This document shows positions 16,997-20,000 of a stretch of DNA of 20,000 nucleotides, in pieces. The notes under the pieces are model-generated. The model saw nothing but the letters and a program-made list of their open reading frames with translations, did no database searches and was not told the origin of the DNA. Location: the IMG/VR virus record IMGVR_UViG_3300030376_007346. One strand, given 5' to 3'. How positions within the stretch are numbered: the first letter of the stretch is position 1; the number at the start of each line of letters is the position of its first letter. The DNA comes from an uncultured virus (IMG/VR IMGVR_UViG_3300030376_007346) (lineage: Duplodnaviria; Heunggongvirae; Uroviricota; Caudoviricetes). The position numbers and the translations under genes were made by a program.

Positions 16997-17452
16997 TTAT
17001 TTTAAAAGTTGTTTTATTCTATCTATCTCTTCATAAATAGCTCTGTTATTATTAATATCGTCTACTTTAGTAGCAATTTTTACCATTCTTACTTTAGTAG
17101 GGTTCTTACTTCTATCTTTTGTGTGTGTTTTTTTAAAAACATTTTCCTCCCCTGCATTCTGTCGGATTTTTTTAGACCTATATGTACCATCTCTTCTACC
17201 CTCCAGTGTATTGTTTATAAAATCTAACATGTCGTCACCACCCACAACCTCGTACTCATTACCTTCTAGTTCGTTTTCCAACTCATGTTTTAACTTTTTA
17301 GCTTGGGTATGTGATAGAGAACCATCATTAACTAATGTATTACAACGACTATATCCCTTATCACTTGGCTCTAAATTAGATACTGAGGTTTGCAACAACT
17401 CCACCAAATCTTTAGGTAGTGTGTATATATCGTCCTTTAAATCTCTATTCAT
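16997..17452 (-). CDS. Hypothetical protein (151 aa)
   Basis: Overlaps the upstream gene by 8 nt and ends in IYEEIDRIKQLLK. Confidence 0.75.
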   Translation of the reverse strand: MNRDLKDDIYTLPKDLVELLQTSVSNLEPSDKGYSRCNTLVNDGSLSHTQAKKLKHELENELEGNEYEVVGGDDMLDFINNTLEGRRDGTYRSKKIRQNAGEENVFKKTHTKDRSKNPTKVRMVKIATKVDDINNNRAIYEEIDRIKQLLK

Positions 17453-18317
17453 CCCAACCAGACTTTATCATATCAGTTAATTCACTCAAATCACCAACAC
17501 CTTGAGCTTTAGCAAATTTTACTAAATTACTTATTTTTCTATTTAGTATCGATGTTTCTTTTTCGGTTAGTTCACCACTTTCGGTATTTCCCGCCAAAAT
17601 AACTTCAATCATGTTCTTAACCTTATCTTCGGCAATTTTTTGTAATTTTTCTTTTTCAGTTAATCTATGTCTAGTAAAAGAACCATCAACCTTATCCTTT
17701 TCTAACTTTTCTGGTCCCCGTTCTTTTTCTACTCTTTCTATAGCCTCATCTTTAGGTACCTCTAATTCATTTTCGTAATACTCTACAGCATCATCAAAAT
17801 TTAATTGGTCAGTCTCATCCATCCCTAAAATACTGGACTTATCAACCTCTTTAATTTCCTCAACCGATTCACCATAATACCTTGCAAATCCACGGCCCCT
17901 CATACCATTCCATGAAACCCCTTGTCGTGTTCCCTTCACTACATCGTCTGTAGTTTTTCTAGAACTTAAAGATTTTACATTTTCTACACCAGGTGGTAGT
18001 TTACTACTTTGTATAGAACCGTCAAAATCCAACAATTCAGTAACTTCACCAGTACCCTCTTCTTCATCATCATCTTCGGTATTTAATTCACCTAAAATAT
18101 CATTTATAATAGCTAAATGTTTTTCTTTATCATTTGTCTTAGAAGCCTCATCCAAACAAACAGCAGTAAATCTATCTGATTTTGGTTCGATATCAAACTT
18201 AAACACTTCAGATAAGGTCATAAAACTTAAGGGTGACACCTCTAAACCTTCATTTAATGTGTCCCTTAACTTAATAAGTTGGTCCGTAACTTGTGCTATT
18301 GCTTCTATTCTTTTCAT
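17445..18317 (-). CDS. Hypothetical acidic protein (290 aa)
   Basis: Long Glu/Asp-rich ORF (EDDDEEEG tract) and first gene of the leftward unit. No family recognised. Confidence 0.8.
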   Translation of the reverse strand: MKRIEAIAQVTDQLIKLRDTLNEGLEVSPLSFMTLSEVFKFDIEPKSDRFTAVCLDEASKTNDKEKHLAIINDILGELNTEDDDEEEGTGEVTELLDFDGSIQSSKLPPGVENVKSLSSRKTTDDVVKGTRQGVSWNGMRGRGFARYYGESVEEIKEVDKSSILGMDETDQLNFDDAVEYYENELEVPKDEAIERVEKERGPEKLEKDKVDGSFTRHRLTEKEKLQKIAEDKVKNMIEVILAGNTESGELTEKETSILNRKISNLVKFAKAQGVGDLSELTDMIKSGWDE

Positions 18318-18368
18318 AATCCTTTTATTTATAAATATCTAAACCAATCAAATAGTATTTATTATTAT
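18318..18368. promoter_or_regulatory. Divergent intergenic region with TATTTAT motifs (putative phage late promoters)
   Basis: Perfect palindrome TATTTATAAATA at 18326-18337, with TATAAATA on both strands. TATTTAT lies 13 nt before the minus-strand ATG (18317) and, at 18356-18362, 6 nt before the plus-strand ATG (18369). Confidence 0.5.
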
Positions 18369-20000
18369 ATGGGAACCCAGAATTTAAATAATTATTATTT
18401 TAATCGATTGGATACTAAATTAAATTATAGTTCTTACTATGATATATTTTTAGCGTCTGATGAAAGAGACTTTAACCAACAAGTGGTTTATTCTAATGCC
18501 ATAATAAATGCAACTTCAGGTGATAGTTTACCGGTATGGATTGACTTAAATGATTTAGCTTGTTCTGAACAACCACTAGAAAATTGTACATCACAGACTG
18601 GTGCAAGTCTGACAGATACCCTAGTAGTTGTAAGTAAGAATTATTGGCCAAAAGCAAAATATCAATGTGAGTGTCCCTATAGTGGTAGTTCTTTTAATTT
18701 TACTGTATGTGATGCTAGTTGGACAGGGATGGATAATGGTAGTTTACCACCACCAACACCATTTGCACCATATTGTTATTATTTAAGAAAGAATTATATA
18801 AATACCGCACAAAGATTCTCGACAAATTTAATTTCTAAAGAATTAAAACTAAGACAAGTTCGTCCTTTAACAAACGGGGGAGCACCAAATACTACTATCG
18901 ACACCTCCATCGTAAGCTCAATTGACTCATCAGGATATTACCAAGAACTTAGAGGTGGGTTTTACCAAGGATTTTATAAATTATATGGATACCCATATGA
19001 AGTATTACCAACCAGACCAAATAGAGGTTGGTCTTTTGAGACTTATTTAAAAATTAATACTGTGGGAAGTACTATATACGGACCGGATGATACACCACCA
19101 TATGATGGGTCACAAGGTGTGTATGGTAATTGTTACAATAGTAGTGGTTATAATAGGTTTATTAATTTTTTAAGTGGCGTGGCGGTGTCCGTCACCTTTA
19201 GTGCGGCGACTATATGTAGACCACCCACAGAAACACCATCAGGAGCCAACATACCTCAAGCCCTTTTAAATTATAGCCCACCTTCCCTACCATCTAACAA
19301 TGGTGGATTCTTCTTTTATAAAGGTGTGCGAGCAGAAGATAAATGGGGATTTAGTGGGAGTAACATAGATACTTATTACGAAAATTTATCAGCTTGTACC
19401 AGTATTTCTGGCATTACCGGCTGCTGTAATACCGAAGAAGAAACAGTTAAACTATTATACCAAAACCAATCAGAAAATGCTCAATATGACGTATACAATA
19501 ATGCTTTAGGTTTTAGGTTAACCGATGATATGAGAATAGGTTATAGAACTTTAAGGTATACAGGGGAGTGTATAACTACCGGAGGTACACAATTAGATAT
19601 GGTAAATGATTGTGATACTGGTAAAACTTTTTTCTGTGATTATGAAATAGAAGAAAGTTATTCTGACCCTATTTGTGCTTTTATAACTAAGAGTGGTAAT
19701 TGTCAAGACACGTGGGTACAAATAGATGTTGTGTTTAGAAGAAATTTAGAGTTGGAGGACTGTGACATATTCAACTATGGAGGTATAAACGACCTTGTAA
19801 AAGTAAGAACCGATAAATTCCAAAGATATGGAAGACATGAAGGTGGGACAGCGGGACCTTTCGGGTGTAACCCACAAACTTCACCTTCACAAACTAAACC
19901 ATGTTGTGATGAATACCCACCATTTATAGGGGATGCTTATTTTGATTTCAGATGTGATGGGCCACAAATGAAAAAATGGTTCGATGATAGGGTGTACAGA
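18369..20000 (+). CDS. Large Cys/Ser/Thr/Gly-rich protein, probable virion structural protein (runs off right edge)
   Basis: Not in ORF track. Hand translation is open for 544 codons: MGTQNLNNYYFNRLDTKLNYSSYYDIFLASDERDF...YQELRGGFYQGFYKLYGYPYEVLPTRPNRGWSFETYLK...GFFFYKGVRAEDKW...NNALGFRLTDDMRIGYR...KKWFDDRVYR. The function is inferred only. Confidence 0.8.
   Translation, partial: MGTQNLNNYYFNRLDTKLNYSSYYDIFLASDERDFNQQVVYSNAIINATSGDSLPVWIDLNDLACSEQPLENCTSQTGASLTDTLVVVSKNYWPKAKYQCECPYSGSSFNFTVCDASWTGMDNGSLPPPTPFAPYCYYLRKNYINTAQRFSTNLISKELKLRQVRPLTNGGAPNTTIDTSIVSSIDSSGYYQELRGGFYQGFYKLYGYPYEVLPTRPNRGWSFETYLKINTVGSTIYGPDDTPPYDGSQGVYGNCYNSSGYNRFINFLSGVAVSVTFSAATICRPPTETPSGANIPQALLNYSPPSLPSNNGGFFFYKGVRAEDKWGFSGSNIDTYYENLSACTSISGITGCCNTEEETVKLLYQNQSENAQYDVYNNALGFRLTDDMRIGYRTLRYTGECITTGGTQLDMVNDCDTGKTFFCDYEIEESYSDPICAFITKSGNCQDTWVQIDVVFRRNLELEDCDIFNYGGINDLVKVRTDKFQRYGRHEGGTAGPFGCNPQTSPSQTKPCCDEYPPFIGDAYFDFRCDGPQMKKWFDDRVYR

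Noticed and set aside
1249..17480. Short or antisense ORFs in the track (1249-1449, 1518-1700, 5554-5739, 8049-8237, 8848-9054, 14167-14349, 16084-16284, 16491-16775, 17009-17227, 17121-17480)
   Set aside because: All lie within or opposite better-supported genes and show no motifs, so they are treated as shadow ORFs.
1..20000. Stop-codon reassignment (TAG or TGA), as seen in some large phages
   Set aside because: The standard code gives full-length, tightly packed genes, and TAA, TGA and TAG all end genes at sensible positions.
1..20000. CRISPR array, tRNA/rRNA, IS element, intron or tandem repeat
   Set aside because: None seen. Intergenic gaps are at most about 51 bp and no transposase or homing-endonuclease ORF is present.

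Overview
AT-rich window with near-continuous coding, most consistent with a large (jumbo-type) bacteriophage genome, possibly with a Bacteroidota host (inference). Positions 1-15574 (minus strand) hold a tightly coupled run of about 20 genes, mostly for sugar metabolism. These are five clear and two probable glycosyltransferases, two DegT-family aminotransferases, an NAD-dependent epimerase/dehydratase, a NeuD/PglD-type acetyltransferase, three SAM methyltransferases, a sulfotransferase, an SGNH hydrolase and a PhyH-type 2OG-Fe(II) dioxygenase. A dUTPase, a DUF4494-like gene and a CDGSH Fe-S gene are interleaved. The run continues off the left edge, and no flippase, polymerase, exporter or other membrane protein is visible. 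Positions 15624-18317 (minus) hold four phage-like hypothetical genes and a stand-alone WYL protein. Positions 18369-20000 (plus) hold a Cys/Ser/Thr/Gly-rich ORF of at least 544 codons that the ORF track missed, probably a virion protein. Two sigma70-like promoters with identical geometry predict leaderless mRNAs for the glycan genes. A different TATTTAT motif precedes both divergent genes. The best candidate for a new system is a phage-encoded cytoplasmic pathway that builds a decorated amino-sugar glycan (acetylated, methylated, sulfated), possibly for virion glycosylation. All family calls come from motif recognition by eye, not database searches.
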